A DNA stretch of 64,000 nt from Octopus vulgaris (GCA_951406725.2 OX597814.1:197594001-197658000); one strand, 5' to 3'. Counted from the first letter of the stretch, positions 40,579 through 53,529 are shown. The notes: a model not told the origin generated them from the sequence alone. Numbers and translations are program-made.

Positions 40579-41830
40579 AATTCCTAGGGCTATCTCTCTA
40601 ACTTCAAATATCAGCAAAGTCATGGAACGGATTGTCAGAGGGAAACTAATCGCATTCCTTCAAGAAAAGAGCGATACCTAGCATGGTTTTAGACCAGGTA
40701 GGAGATGCCTGACCCAGCTCTTACAACATTATGACTGGGTTTTGAGGCAGTTATTCAACAAATCAAATGTGGACGTAATGTACCTTGATTTTGCAAAAGC
40801 TTTTGACAAGGTGGATGATGGTATGATATGTCACAAACTGCGTGACCTTGGCATAACTGGAAAACTTGGAGAATGGTTACGTGACTTTCTGGAAGATAGG
40901 AGTCAGGCAGTAGTGGCTAATGCAGCCACCTCTATGAACACACAAATAGTGAGAAGTTTTCCACGGGGCACTGTCTTAGGGACCAATGCTTTTTATAGTG
41001 GCCCTTTCAGATATTCCCTCAAATGCCCGGATAGCCAACCACGCAAGCTATGCAGATGATACAGAACCCCAGCGGTGTTGCACACCTGCAGCAGGAGTTG
41101 GACTCAATTTACAGATGGGCGGAAGATAATAATATGCAGTTTAATGCTGAGAAAACCCAGGCCCTGCGCTACCACCTCCAAAACTAAATATGAAACTTAC
41201 AGGATACACCGGTCTACAGGGAATTTCGATCCCAGAGCCTAAGTCAGTGAGGGAGCTGTGTGTCGGAATGAGTGATGATACATATTTCCAAGTGCACATT
41301 ACCAGGATGGCGACAAAGTGCAGACGACTGGCTGGATAGATTCTAAGGACATTCAGAATTAGAGATAAGGAAACCATGATGGTCGTCTGGCGGACATTCG
41401 TCCTCAGCCGCCTGGATTACTGCTCACAGTTATGGTCACCCACCAGTGTGAAATTAATAGCAGACCTTGAAGCAATCCAGAGAAGATTCACAAAAAAGAT
41501 CGTCTCTTTGCAACAGCCCAGCTCCTGGGAAAGGTTGAAACAGTTAAGACTCTATTCCCTGGAGATAGGACGGGAGAGGTATGCAGCAATATATATCTGG
41601 AAGATACAGGAAGGAATTGTGCCAAATTTTGGCATTGAAAGCTACACTAATGCCAGAACGGGACGACACTGCATAGTGCCAAAGATCCCAGCAATTCCAT
41701 CACGCTTCAAGACCTGCAACAGCCTGGGTTTCAAGGGCCCACATCTTTTTAATATTCTCCCAAAGAGTCTGAGGAACTTGCACAAAGTAGATGTAGGGGG
41801 TTTTAAATCAAAGCTGGGCCTCTTCCTGTC
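40579..41830 (+). pseudogene. CR1-group LINE family 1 (subfamily a), RT part resuming after the nested element
   Basis: ISLTSNISKVMERIVRG, HGFRPGRRCLTQLL, YLDFAKAFDKVD, SRLDYCSQLW, CNSLGFKGP. Confidence 0.9.
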
Positions 41831-41831
41831 A

Positions 41832-42018
41832 TGTAACCAGCTATGCCATGTTTTCCAGCTATGCCAAGGTCACGCAGTTTGTGACATATCATACCATGAC
41901 ATATACCACCCTGCCAAAAGCTTTTGTAAAATCAAGGTATATTACGTCCACATTTGATTTGTTGAGTAACTGCCTCAACACCCAGTCATAACGTTGTAAG
42001 AGCTGAGTCAGGCATCTC
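41832..42018 (-). mobile_element. Inverted RT fragment of the same LINE
   Basis: Reverse complement of about 40702-40880. Confidence 0.8.
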
Positions 42019-42514
42019 GATAATTCGATATAGGGTGTTCTATTTTGTATGTCTTTTATCTAAATTTTATTTTTATGTGCAAAGCATTTTTTTACAATAA
42101 TGTTGTTTGTATATACGTTAGGTCCTAGACATGTTTTTATGTGAATATTTGTACTGGCATGCATATGTATTCGTACGTACATGCCTATGTATATGTGTAA
42201 GTAAGCGTGTATGTTTATACATATGCACATACATACATGGATGTATATGTCTGCCTGTATTCACATGAATTTGTGTGGATGTATATTTACGTACTTATCT
42301 CTAAATATTTATATATGTGTTCTCATATGGGTATTTACTGCTAATATACGCTTTTATATACACATATATACGTAATTTTATTTTGTGAACGTTCGTTACG
42401 CATAATCAGACTTCTTTTCTTTCGTAATTTTTTCTCCCCCTAATCGTTACTTGTATAGAGTCCTGTAACTTTATGCTCCCCCCTCCTCTTCTCTTACTCA
42501 CTTCTTTAGCTATC

Positions 42515-42958
42515 TGTTAGTTAGTTAGTTAGTTAATTTTTTGGCTCAAAAAGCAAAAAGCAAGGCCATGTAGGGGGTCATGGAGTTATGTACAGGGTGG
42601 TGTTCATGTAAAGAGTTCAGGCCACTTGTGGTCAAGGGAGACTTTGAACCGAGCGGTCGTCGGCATCTTCACTATCTCGTCCGGCAACTTATTCCACGGA
42701 TCCGCAACCCGGACGGAGAAAGCCCCTCTCCTTCGACTGAGATGAAATCGTCGCAGATAGAGCTTTTCGGAGTGACCCCGCAGCCGACGCTCTGGAGCAG
42801 GAGGGAAGAACAGCTCTTTCGAGAGGTTACACTTTCCGCTTATGATGTTGTGAGCAAGAATGAGATCACCACGGCGTCGTCGTTTTTCTAGAGAATAAAG
42901 GTCGAGCGTCTTCAGCCTTTCTTCATAAGACAAATGCTTGAGACCAAGAACCATGCAG
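42515..42958 (-). mobile_element. Canonical CR1-clade LINE 3' end (family 2)
   Basis: LSYEERLKTLDLYSLEKRRRRGDLI...LRGHSEKL...FSVRVADPWNKLP; stop then (TAAC)n tail. Confidence 0.9.
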
Positions 42959-43502
42959 GTAGCCAGCTTCTGTTGTTTATAAGATCGTTACCTTTTCTTT
43001 TCTTTTTCTTCCCCCCTCTCTGCGTTTTACTTCTAGTCTATATGTATACACCAAGGGATTTTTGCATGCGGGCAGGTTTGCGTATACATATGTATAAGTG
43101 TATTTGTGTGTATATTTACGTCTTGCATTTATATGTCTGCATATGTATGTGGTCTGTGTACATCTATCTGTGTATTTTGATGTATATATGTATATTGATG
43201 GTTTAGTATGAGCATATACGGTTGAGAAATATTTTAATTTTTAATGTATTAATTGTATTAATCGAATTATATTTCTATATAATTAATGACAATATGTATT
43301 TTGAATCTGCTCTTCGATTTAAGGCTTTTCCTCGATTTTTTATAACTTATAATTTATATTGAATTCATTTATTTTGTTTATTTTGTTTATCGCATGCTTA
43401 AGACTGTTATTCGAAAGGACCAATGAAACAAATCCATTTATAAAGGTGTATCTTTTAACTAGATTTGATCAAATTCTTATTTTTGTTCTATTTTAACAAA
43501 AA

Positions 43503-43540
43503 CTGTCCGACGAACGGGAGCGTGAAACTCTGAGTAACAG
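43503..43540 (+). ncRNA. Minimal type I hammerhead ribozyme, one core substitution (U4C)
   Basis: CTGT-CCGACGA-ACG ggag CGT-GAAA-CTC t GAG-TA^ACAG. Confidence 0.6.
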
Positions 43541-43573
43541 CTTTAGTTATATTTCTGCTGCTTTTAAATAAAG

Positions 43574-43631
<58 letters not shown>

Positions 43632-43982
43632 CATATACAGATATATATATATACATATAAATATATACATATTTATATATATATATATATATATATACAT
43701 ATCTATATAAATATAATTTCAAATTAATTAAACTAAATAATTAATCAATCAATTAATTAATAATTTTACCAAGTAGCTCGGTACATTAAAATAATCTCTG
43801 TATGTGAAATTATACAAATATTCTATAATTATAAACATAATTATAATCAGGGGTCAGCTAATTATTTACCACATACCGAGTTTAGAAATAAGAGTTCAAA
43901 ATTCCTTTTCTAGTACTATTAGAATCTCACACTTTTTTACGTAGGGAGAGAGAAAAACAATGAATCAACACGTCCAGGATTA

Positions 43983-44045
43983 ACTACATACGCGTTTCGA
44001 GATTAAAGTGTTTAAAAATTTACTTACTTCTCTCTTCAGTGTAGT
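43983..44045 (-). ncRNA. Minimal type I hammerhead ribozyme (Penelope type), canonical core
   Basis: Minus strand ACTACA-CTGAAGA-GAGA(26 nt)TCTC-GAAA-CGCG-TA^TGTAGT; 6-bp stem I, palindromic ACGCGT stem III. Confidence 0.8.
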
Positions 44046-44279
44046 ATTTCCAATTATAAAATTTGAAAGAGCTAGGATTAAATATGCACATGATCGAGGG
44101 ACATCGTGCAACAGATATCCAACCAACACTTCCAAAATTTACACAGCCGAATGCGAATACACTATTCATCCCTTGTACCCACGTACATGTTACGAACAGT
44201 ACCGCAGAAAACTGCAGTATTCTATCATGGAGTAAATTGTAAGTAAAACAGCGGGCTTTTTTGGAAGTTGCGCAGAAAT

Positions 44280-45470
44280 TTGTAGAACAGCTGACCTGGC
44301 TTCCCCAGACACCCGACATGCAAGGCACATACCAATACCCGCGTCCACCTCAAACAACAAAGGAACCGGGGTGGCCACCCCTGACACTTCCACGCATTTC
44401 GGACCCATGGACACAACCGACGCCCTGCTACACACGCCAATATTTTTTCTGAACATCAGGGACCTTATGACACTCCACCAACGAAAAACGCAATACCTGA
44501 GAGACCTTGTGACATGTAATCAAGCAATCTGCGTGTCACTTACAGAAACACACCTAAATGTGGATGTATCAGACGCCGAGGTACACATACCAGGATATGT
44601 TGTGCTACGAACCGACAGACGGGAAAGGTCTCATGGAGGAGTGGAAATGTACATCCGAGATGATGTCACGCCCATGGTACTCTTGTCGCACCCCAACACT
44701 GTATATGATACTCTGGTAGTACACATTAAACAGATGAGGCTGGTAATATGTACCACATATCGCTCACCAGATGCTCCAGATCATGCGAACTCATTTGAAG
44801 AGTGCCTCCAAAAAATGAGAGATGTTTTGACGAATCTCGACAACGATCTGCACATACTTCTCTTAGGGGATTTCAATCTCCCTCATGTAAAATGGAGAGA
44901 GGGTTGTCCGCTTTCATGTATGTCACTTCAAAATCGGAAGCATGCAGAGTCTTTGCTTGACTTCACTGACGCACTCTTTATGGAGCAGATGGTGCATCAC
45001 CCCACAAAGGGAAAGAATATCTTGGACATATGTTTCATAAACAGCTCGGCACTCATACATGACGTGAAAGTGACACCGACGCTGTTTTCGGATCATAATT
45101 TAATAGAGCTAGTGATGTATGGACCGCAAAAGACCACGGACATACGAAATACTAGAAACACTCATCTCATCTCCAGCCTGAATTTCCACAAAGCTGACTG
45201 GAAGGGCTTGGAGAAAGAGGTCCTAAAATGTAACTGTTCCACCTTCCTCTCAGTGGAAAACATTGACATGAAACTACAGAACTTCATGGCAATCATATGA
45301 TATCTGCAGTAAGTTTACCCCAAACAGAACACCAAATCAACGGGCGAAGAAAAATTTAATACCCAGGGATAGGAGGGTACTAATGAGACGGAGAGCAAAA
45401 ATCTCAAACCGCCTAAATGGATATCTAAAAGATTTCAAACGAATTCACCTCGAATGCACCTTGCTTAAAT
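44280..45470 (+). pseudogene. CR1-group LINE family 1 (subfamily b) 5' part with open APE endonuclease frame (44371-45300)
   Basis: LNIR, LTETHL, RTDRRERSHGGV, YRSPD, LGDFNLP, NILDIC, SDHNLI; 45160-45470 matches 30088-30395. Confidence 0.9.
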
Positions 45471-45618
45471 CTATATATATACATATATTTATATGTATTA
45501 TTGTATGTTTGCATTGTTCAATTAAATGTCGCATGAAACGGGTACTGCACTGCCTCTGGATATCCTTGTGCTTATTTGATTATATTTATATGTATATGTA
45601 TATATATATTTATATGTG

Positions 45619-45658
<40 letters not shown>

Positions 45659-45979
45659 AATGTATACATATATATTTAAATGTATATCTATGTATATGTT
45701 TATATATATATGTATATGTATATTTATATGTATATATATGTATATGTATATTTATATGTATATATATGTATATATATATATACGTATATATATATATTTA
45801 TATGTATATATATGTATATACATGTATATATATTAAAATGTATATATATACATATTATTTATATGTATGTATATGTGTGTATATTTATATATTTATATGT
45901 ATATATATGTATATATATATTATGTATATGTATGTATATGTGTGTATATTTATATATATATATATTTACATGTATGTAT

Positions 45980-47316
45980 ATTTTTTCATTTTTCATCTAG
46001 TTTCAGCTCATGAGCTGTGGCCATGCTGGTGCACCACCATTCGGTGTTGCTACATGATGTTACTTCACGAATGCGTTTTAGCAATTGATATTTGTGGCAT
46101 GAGAGAGTTTGATGCAGCTGCCTTCATCTGCACCTCCTGCCGTGAAGTTGGTTCATCTCGGAGACCTAACAGGAAGAGGTCCAGCTTAATTTTAAAGACA
46201 TCCGCATCCACCACATGCAGGTCTCTCAGTTCCTTCGGGAGGATATTGAAGAGCTGTGGACCTCTGAAGCCCAGGCTATCGCAGTATCTTGTCCTACATC
46301 TTGATGGCAAATTTGGACTCCTTGGCGTGTTGCATTTGCGTCCAATTCTAATATTTGTGTAACTCTCGATGCCAAAGTTTGGGACAAGTCCTCCCAGGAT
46401 CTTCCAGATGTATATTATGGCATATCTTTCTCGCCTACGCTCTAAGGAATATAGTCTTAATCACTTGAGTCTTTCCCAATAGCTTATATTCTGCATAGAG
46501 GCTATCTTCGTGTAGCTTCGTTGGATCGCCTCAAGTTCTGTGATTATTTTGACACTGGTTGATGACCATAGCTGAGAGCAATAGTCAAAGTGGCTTAGGA
46601 CAAGTGTCCTCCAGAGGACCATCATGGTTTCCTGGTCTCTTGTTCTAAAAGCTCTAAGAATCCATCCGGTCAATTTAGAAACATGCACATGAAAGGTTGC
46701 ATCATAACTCATGTAAATACCCAGGTCTCGCACTGATTGTGCCTCTGGGATTGCAATCCCTCCAGGTCCAGTGTATTTATTGGGTATTGCATTTAGTTTT
46801 GCATGCTGATAGCATAAAGCTTGAAACTTTTCAGCATTAAACTGCTTGCTATTCTTTTCAGCCCACTGGTATATTTCGTCCAGCTCACATTGCAGGTGCA
46901 TAGTGTCTTCAGGGTTCTGTATTACCTGTGAAACTTTTGTATCATCTGCATAACTTGTGATCGTGGCTCTCTGCGTGGCTGAGGGCATGTCTGAGGGGGC
47001 CATTAGGAACAGCGGTGGTCCCAAAACAGTGCCTTGCGAAACACCGCTCACTATTTGCGTGTTATTGGAGGTGGCCCCATTGGCTACTACCACCTGACTT
47101 CTATCCTCCAGAAAGTCATGAAGTCATTCTCCCAATTTTCCAACTATGCCAAGATCACGCAGTTTGTGACATATCATTCCATGATCGACTTTATCAAAGG
47201 CCTTTGCAAAGTCGAGATATATCACTTCCACATTTGAGTGGTTGAGCAGTTGTTTCAGCACCCAGTCATAGTGTTGTAGGAGCTGAGTTAGGCAGCTTCT
47301 TCCTGGTCGGAAACCA
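45980..47316 (-). pseudogene. CR1-group LINE family 1, RT to 3' end
   Basis: [57 protein letters not shown]; tail CCAGCATGGCCACAGCTCATGAGCTGAAAC. Confidence 0.92.
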
Positions 47317-47317
47317 A

Positions 47318-47848
47318 GTTGAGCTGCTCGGAGCCGCCAATGCCTGGTTCTACCATTCTCAGCAAGCTGTTCTTTATTGCAAAGCCTACTTCATGTTCTC
47401 TGGGCACATCACAGCTCTTCCCTTTCCAGAGGAATGTGTAGTCCCTCTCCCTCCCTGTGCCTGCATCTGCTAACCGTGTTTCCTGCAGAGCAGCGATATC
47501 GACGTTCAGTCTCTAGAGCTCCTCCTTCATGACTGCTGTTTTCCTAACGTGGTTGATGTTCTGAAGGTTTTGGGAGAGGCCAGGCATCATTGTCAGGACA
47601 TTCCAACGTCCAGTTTTAGAGTTGGTCTTTCTTTTTGATAGATTTTCGGTTTTTGCCTAGTGCGGTAGTTGACGATCTTCTTGTCGGATGTTCTTCTAAT
47701 CCCCATGTACCCAATGAGGAAGCAGGTCGTTGCGGGACAACACCTTACTGTCTGGGGTCTGCCTAAATTGAGGCGGGCAATAGCTGTGCAATGAGACTCG
47801 ACGATCTCTCCCACCCTCAGAAGCGATACCTGGCGCCGCACCCTACAC
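47318..47848 (-). mobile_element. RTE LINE 5' UTR and APE N-terminus, inverted
   Basis: WNVLTM...RKTAV...LNVDIAALQETRLAD...YTFLWKGK...VGFAIKNSLL. Confidence 0.85.
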
Positions 47849-48985
47849 CTCTGGAAAGGGAAGAGCTCTGATGAGCCCAGAGGACATGGAGTAGGCTTTG
47901 CAATAAAGAACAGCTTGCTGAGGATGGTACAACCATGTATCGGCGGCTCCGAGCGGCTCAGTTTTGTCTCAACACTAGCGAAAGCCCTGTCACCCTCATC
48001 AGTGTGTATGCCCCGACAGTGTCCGACACCCCGGATGCCAAGTACGAGTTCTACGAGAACCTTGCATCCACTATCGAAAGCATCCCCATTAGCGAACAAC
48101 TTGTTTTCCTGGGCGACCTCAATGCCAGAGTGAGTGCTGACAACAACTCAGGGCCCTCTTGCTTCGGTCCATTCAGGGTGGCGAAATCGAACGGGAACGG
48201 ACAGCGACTGCTCGAGATCTGCACCTTTCACGGCCTGTGCATCACCAACTCATTCTTCAAGACCAAGCCCCCCAACACAAAGCATTGGCACCAACTAGAC
48301 CTGATACTGGTCAGGCGTGCCGCCACTAAGTGTGTTCTCCACGTGCGCTCTTTCTACAGCGCAGACTCCGACACAGACCACATTTTAGTGTGCTGCAAGA
48401 TCAGGCTACAACACAAAAGTTCCACCGTGCAAACAAACCCCACACATCAATGTCAACAAGATGTCTCAGCCCGACCTTGTAGAACAGTCTGCAGGGGCTT
48501 TTGAGGAGGAGTATGATGCAACACAGCCCATAGAGACTGCCACAGAGAGATAGGAAACTCTGCGAGACACAAACCATCGCACAGCCTTGTCTGTCTTCGG
48601 AAAGAACACCTCAAAGTCACATGACTGGTTCGAGGCTAAGTTGCTTGATATGACCCCTGTAATTGAGGCCAAACGAGGCGCACTGGCGGAATACAAGCGG
48701 TCACCCACTGAGAGGAACTTGCAGGTTCTAAGGGCTGCCAGGAGCAAGGTCCAGCACACCGCCAGGTGCTGCGCCATTGAGTACTCAACAGAGCTTAGTG
48801 AGTCGGTCCATATGACCGCCGCAACTGGCAACATCAGAGGGATGTACGATGGCATAAAGAGGGCTCTGGGACCAACGAAGAGCAAGGCGGTCCCCTCACT
48901 GGGGAAGTCATCACTGATCAAGGCCGACAAATAGACAAATGGGTGGAGCACTATTCTGAGCTCTATTCCAGAGATAACAAAGTGA
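47849..48985 (+). pseudogene. RTE LINE APE domain and linker
   Basis: GVGFAIKN, ISVYAPT, FYENL, LGDLNARV, NGQRLLE, ITNSFF, WHQLDLIL, DTDHILV, DWFE, GMYDGIKRALGP. Confidence 0.9.
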
Positions 48986-49758
48986 CCTATTTATATATAT
49001 GTATATATATATACGACGGACTTTTCAGTTTCGACCCAAGGCTATACTAGAAGACCCTTGCCCAAATGTGCCACGCAGTGGGAGTGAAACCGGAACCATG
49101 TGGCTGGGACGCAAGCTCCCTACCACACACCCACGCCTGCGCCTATATAGATTTATTTTTGTTTTCATTTTTTATTTATGTAAAGGGCCGCAAATTTGTA
49201 AATGACAGGAAATTATCTGCTCTGATGTACATGGAGTTTTTGTCATTATAATTTTCAGCGGGGATTTAATGGCTTACGTGAAATGATAATTCTGCAGTCG
49301 GAAATTGAAATCTCGTCAACGAACGTACTGAGGAAAGAGAGCAGAGAAGGGTTTATATATAAACCAATGCTCACATTAATTTTGACTGTAATAGGGAAAT
49401 TAGAAAATAATTCATGCTTTTATTTGGTTTTTATCCCAAGGTTATTGGCGTTGTGCCAATGAAACAAATTAATCATTACGGATTATTATAAGAAAATATA
49501 CCGGATTTGTTTTTGTTTCCTTGTTCCTAAACGCAGTCAACGCGATTGACATTACAGAGAAAAAAGCAGTAATTATATAAATATATATATATATGCAGGG
49601 GGAGAGAGAGAGAGAGAGGATACAACTAACCACAGGGTGCTTTTGAAATTTGTATTTGGATATGGTTATATGATAAATTAGATTTAACAAAATTATCTAC
49701 ATCAGCAGAAATATATAAATATATAAATACATATACACACTACATACTTGTGTATATA

Positions 49759-49793
<35 letters not shown>

Positions 49794-49868
49794 GGGTACA
49801 CATATAAAATATGTATATATATATATATATATATGGATATATATATATATACACGGGTACACATATAA

Positions 49869-49909
<41 letters not shown>

Positions 49910-50083
49910 GATGTATGTGTTTATATATATATGTGTGTGTATATATGTACGTATATATGTATATATATATATATATGGATGTATATATGGATGTATATAC
50001 GCATAAAACGTGGGGATTGAATATATCCCCCCGCTCTCTCTCTCTCTCACTCTCTCTCTTTCTCTCTCCCTCTCCCTCTCTAT

Positions 50084-50122
<39 letters not shown>

Positions 50123-50953
50123 AACACAAACTCACTGTGTATTTGTGTATATGTGTGTGTATGCGTGTGCAGGTGCATATATGTAAACACATTCCGTGTG
50201 CTTTCCTGGTTAATACTGAGCAAATAACCAAATGCTGTTAATCTCAAACTTATGCAGTGTCAATAGACGAAGGCAGCTTAAGGAAAGCAGCGCATTAGAT
50301 CAGATATATAAATGTCTTCTCTCAACGAATGAACTAGAAAAATAGGTGTTGGTTTGAGTGGGTAGGTTGCAGGGGTTATGATTTACATACCACCCAGCCT
50401 TTGAAACCAGTAACAATGTACGATATACTACGATTGGCTGATTGCCTGTAGTTAAAAACGTTGTCCATTCTATGTGCAACATGTCGGATCACGTGCCACC
50501 GGAAATGACTTGGCGATCAATTTCCGTCACCGTTCGTGTTTCTAACAGTCGTCTACCGGTCTACAAGAATTGATTAGTGTCGGAGTAATTGAGAATACAA
50601 GCAATGTCTTAAATTGAAAATTCAATATGCAATTATGTGAATTCTGACTGTCTCAACACTTCTTTTGTGTAGCATTTAGCAGCATTTCTACTGGTCAGGA
50701 AACTAAGTTAATGCTGAACAAAACTAGTTTCGTTACATACCACTACACCCGCTCTTCCCCTTCACCACGACCACCACCACCATCATCACGATCAGTATCG
50801 CCATTATTAGCATTGTTAAACCAGCTAATACAACTAATAAACTATTTTGATTTCTATGAACAAATACTGTTGCTCTTGCCGCTAGAACTAAAACTACTGC
50901 TACCGCTGCTACTACTGTAACTACTACAAACTATTATTATTATTATTATTATT

Positions 50954-51489
50954 GAGTGACTGAGCAATGAATGCCATCAAAGTGACACTGGTGTACAAAT
51001 ATATAAAGCCCTATATGCCAATCATGACTACCCGTCTGATAAGGGTACGCCAGGTACATGCATCACAACCACATGTGCGCGACACTGTGCTCTCATATCA
51101 AGATGAACAGCACACGACCTTGCAGGTGGAGCCTAGTTAAATTTTTTTCTTCAGGTCGAGTAGCCCATCCCGCTCACAAGGTCTCTGAATAAGGGTTGCT
51201 TTAGGATGTTGAACGAAACACCCATGTTTCCAGCGGTGAATTATTCAAACCCCAAATAATCCCTCTCAACATATGGCTATGATACTCCCCCACTACTTCC
51301 GCTCGTGATCAGAGATGCACATATCGTCAGCCACTAATGGACATGCTCAACTGGTTAAGCTCAAACAACCGATGAGCAAATCTGTGGTATTGAGCAGAAT
51401 ATTTGCTATAGCCCATCTTTTGCACTAAAACAAAATATGTACATAACACCTCCAATCAGTTAAGATCAGAAGCCACGAGAGCCACTGCC

Positions 51490-51525
<36 letters not shown>

Positions 51526-51970
51526 AGGGTACCCTAGACACGTGCATCAGAACCATATGTGCGCAACATGGGGAGCTCATATCATGAGGAGCAGCACATG
51601 ACCTTGCAGGTGGGGTCCAGTTAGAATTTTTTTAGGTCGAGTAGCCCATCCCGCTCAATAGGTTCCCGAATAAGATTTAAGGAGGATGGACGAAACATCC
51701 AATCTTTACAGGAGTGAAAACTTCAAACTCCACAGAATTATTCTCAACACATAGCTATAATGCTCCCCCATTATTTCTCCTCGTGCTCAGAGATGCACAT
51801 TTCGTCAACCGCCAAGGAACATGCTCAACTGATTAAGATGAAGCAACTGACCAACTAATCTGTGGTATTGATCAGCTTATTTGCTGTAGCCCATCTTTTG
51901 CACCAAAACAAAATTTGTACGTAACACCTACAATCAGTTAAAATCAGAAGCCATGGGAGCCACTGCTAGG
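50954..51970 (-). mobile_element. Two tandem copies (50954-51490; 51523-51970) of an unclassified element of about 540 bp with (AAT)n 3' flank
   Basis: Copies align over their length; both bordered by (ATT)n; no ORF or tRNA boxes seen. Confidence 0.7.
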
Positions 51971-51974
51971 TATT

Positions 51975-52187
51975 TACGTCTCAGAACATTCGATCTTGTT
52001 TGTTCTGATAGATTCTGTAAAAGGGGACAGCAGCCTGCTGTCAGAGGACTCACGGGGTCTCTTTCCGCACATTATAAGCTTTGATGCTTGGTTGTTAATT
52101 ATCTTGGGAGACATTCAACGTCCAAGTACCAATCTCTGTCCCCAGCAGAGCAGTTTTTTGTAGGGGATGTCTTGCTCTGCTCTCCTG

Positions 52188-52189
<2 letters not shown>
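51975..52189 (-). mobile_element. Dong/R4-like C-terminus and 3' UTR fragment
   Basis: LQKTALLGT motif; abuts (ATT)n 52190-52252. Confidence 0.55.
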
Positions 52190-52253
<64 letters not shown>

Positions 52254-52254
<1 letters not shown>

Positions 52255-52472
52255 GGTGGCGATCTAGCAGAAACGTTAGCACGTCAGGCGAAATACTTAG
52301 CGGTATTTCGTATGTCCTTATGTTCTGAGTTCAAATTCCACCGAGGTCAACTTTGCCTTTCATCCTTTCGGTGTTGATCGCACTACGATCGCACTACGAT
52401 CGCACTACGATCGATGTTATCGAATAGACCCCTTCTCCAAATATTTTAGGCCTTATGCCTATAGTAGAAAGG

Positions 52473-52543
<71 letters not shown>

Positions 52544-53105
52544 AGCAAGCTGGCAGTTAGCACGCCGGGCGAAATGCTTAGCGGTATTTCGCCCGTCCTT
52601 ACATTCAGAGTTCAAATTACCTCTAGGTCAACCTTGACTTACATCCTTTCGGGGTCGATAAATCGAGTACCAGTTAAGTACTGGGGTCGATGCGATTGAC
52701 TGTCTCCCTCCCCACAAAATCCAAGCCTTGTGCCTATAATTGGAAGGATTATTATTATTATTGTTATTGTTCTTATCAGCATTATTACGGAGTCAGTCAG
52801 CCGACAGAATATTCAATGCTGCGGAATATTTGCCATAGCAGCATTTCCTCCGATTTAACATTTTGAGTTCAAATGCTGCGGAGGTCGATCTTACCTTTCG
52901 TTCCTTTGAAATCGCTAAAATGAGAACTAGTAAAGCAACTGGTTTCGATGCAGTCGACCAGCTCCCTTCCACAAAATTTCGGGTCTTGTGCCTATAGTAG
53001 AACGAAATTGCTATTGCTACTCAGGCAGCGAAGTGGCAGATTCGTTAGCATGACAAACGATATACTTAGCAACCAACATTTCTTCCAGTTTTACGCTATG
53101 AGTGT
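52254..53105 (+). mobile_element. Head-to-tail cluster of four SINE B2 copies (family B head/core, CCTATAGTAGAAAGG(ATT)n tail)
   Basis: Units at about 52254, 52543, 52790 and 53020, separated by (ATT)n or short spacers. Confidence 0.75.
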
Positions 53106-53154
53106 AAATAATAATAACGATGGCGATAATAATGATCACGACGATTACGACAAC

Positions 53155-53185
<31 letters not shown>

Positions 53186-53405
53186 GGAAGAAGAGGAGGA
53201 TAAGTTAAAAATTTTCTTAAACATTTCCACTTATCTCCACGCATTATCTGGTTTATCGACAGCATGGATTATCGACACAAACACATACACTCACCCGCAC
53301 ATTGATATATATATAAATACGTACACATGTACAAATATACATATATATATATATATATCTGTGTGTGCGCGGGTGAGTATGTGAATTGATAGATAGATAT
53401 ACATG

Positions 53406-53468
<63 letters not shown>

Positions 53469-53529
53469 GTCTGTGTGTGCGCGTGAGCGCGCATAGGAAG
53501 ATTTTTGTCAAAAAGTCAGCAATCATATA

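Noticed and set aside
44371-45300. 309-aa ORF as a host endonuclease gene
   Set aside because: LINE APE domain colinear with other LINE copies, followed by stops; domestication is not supported.
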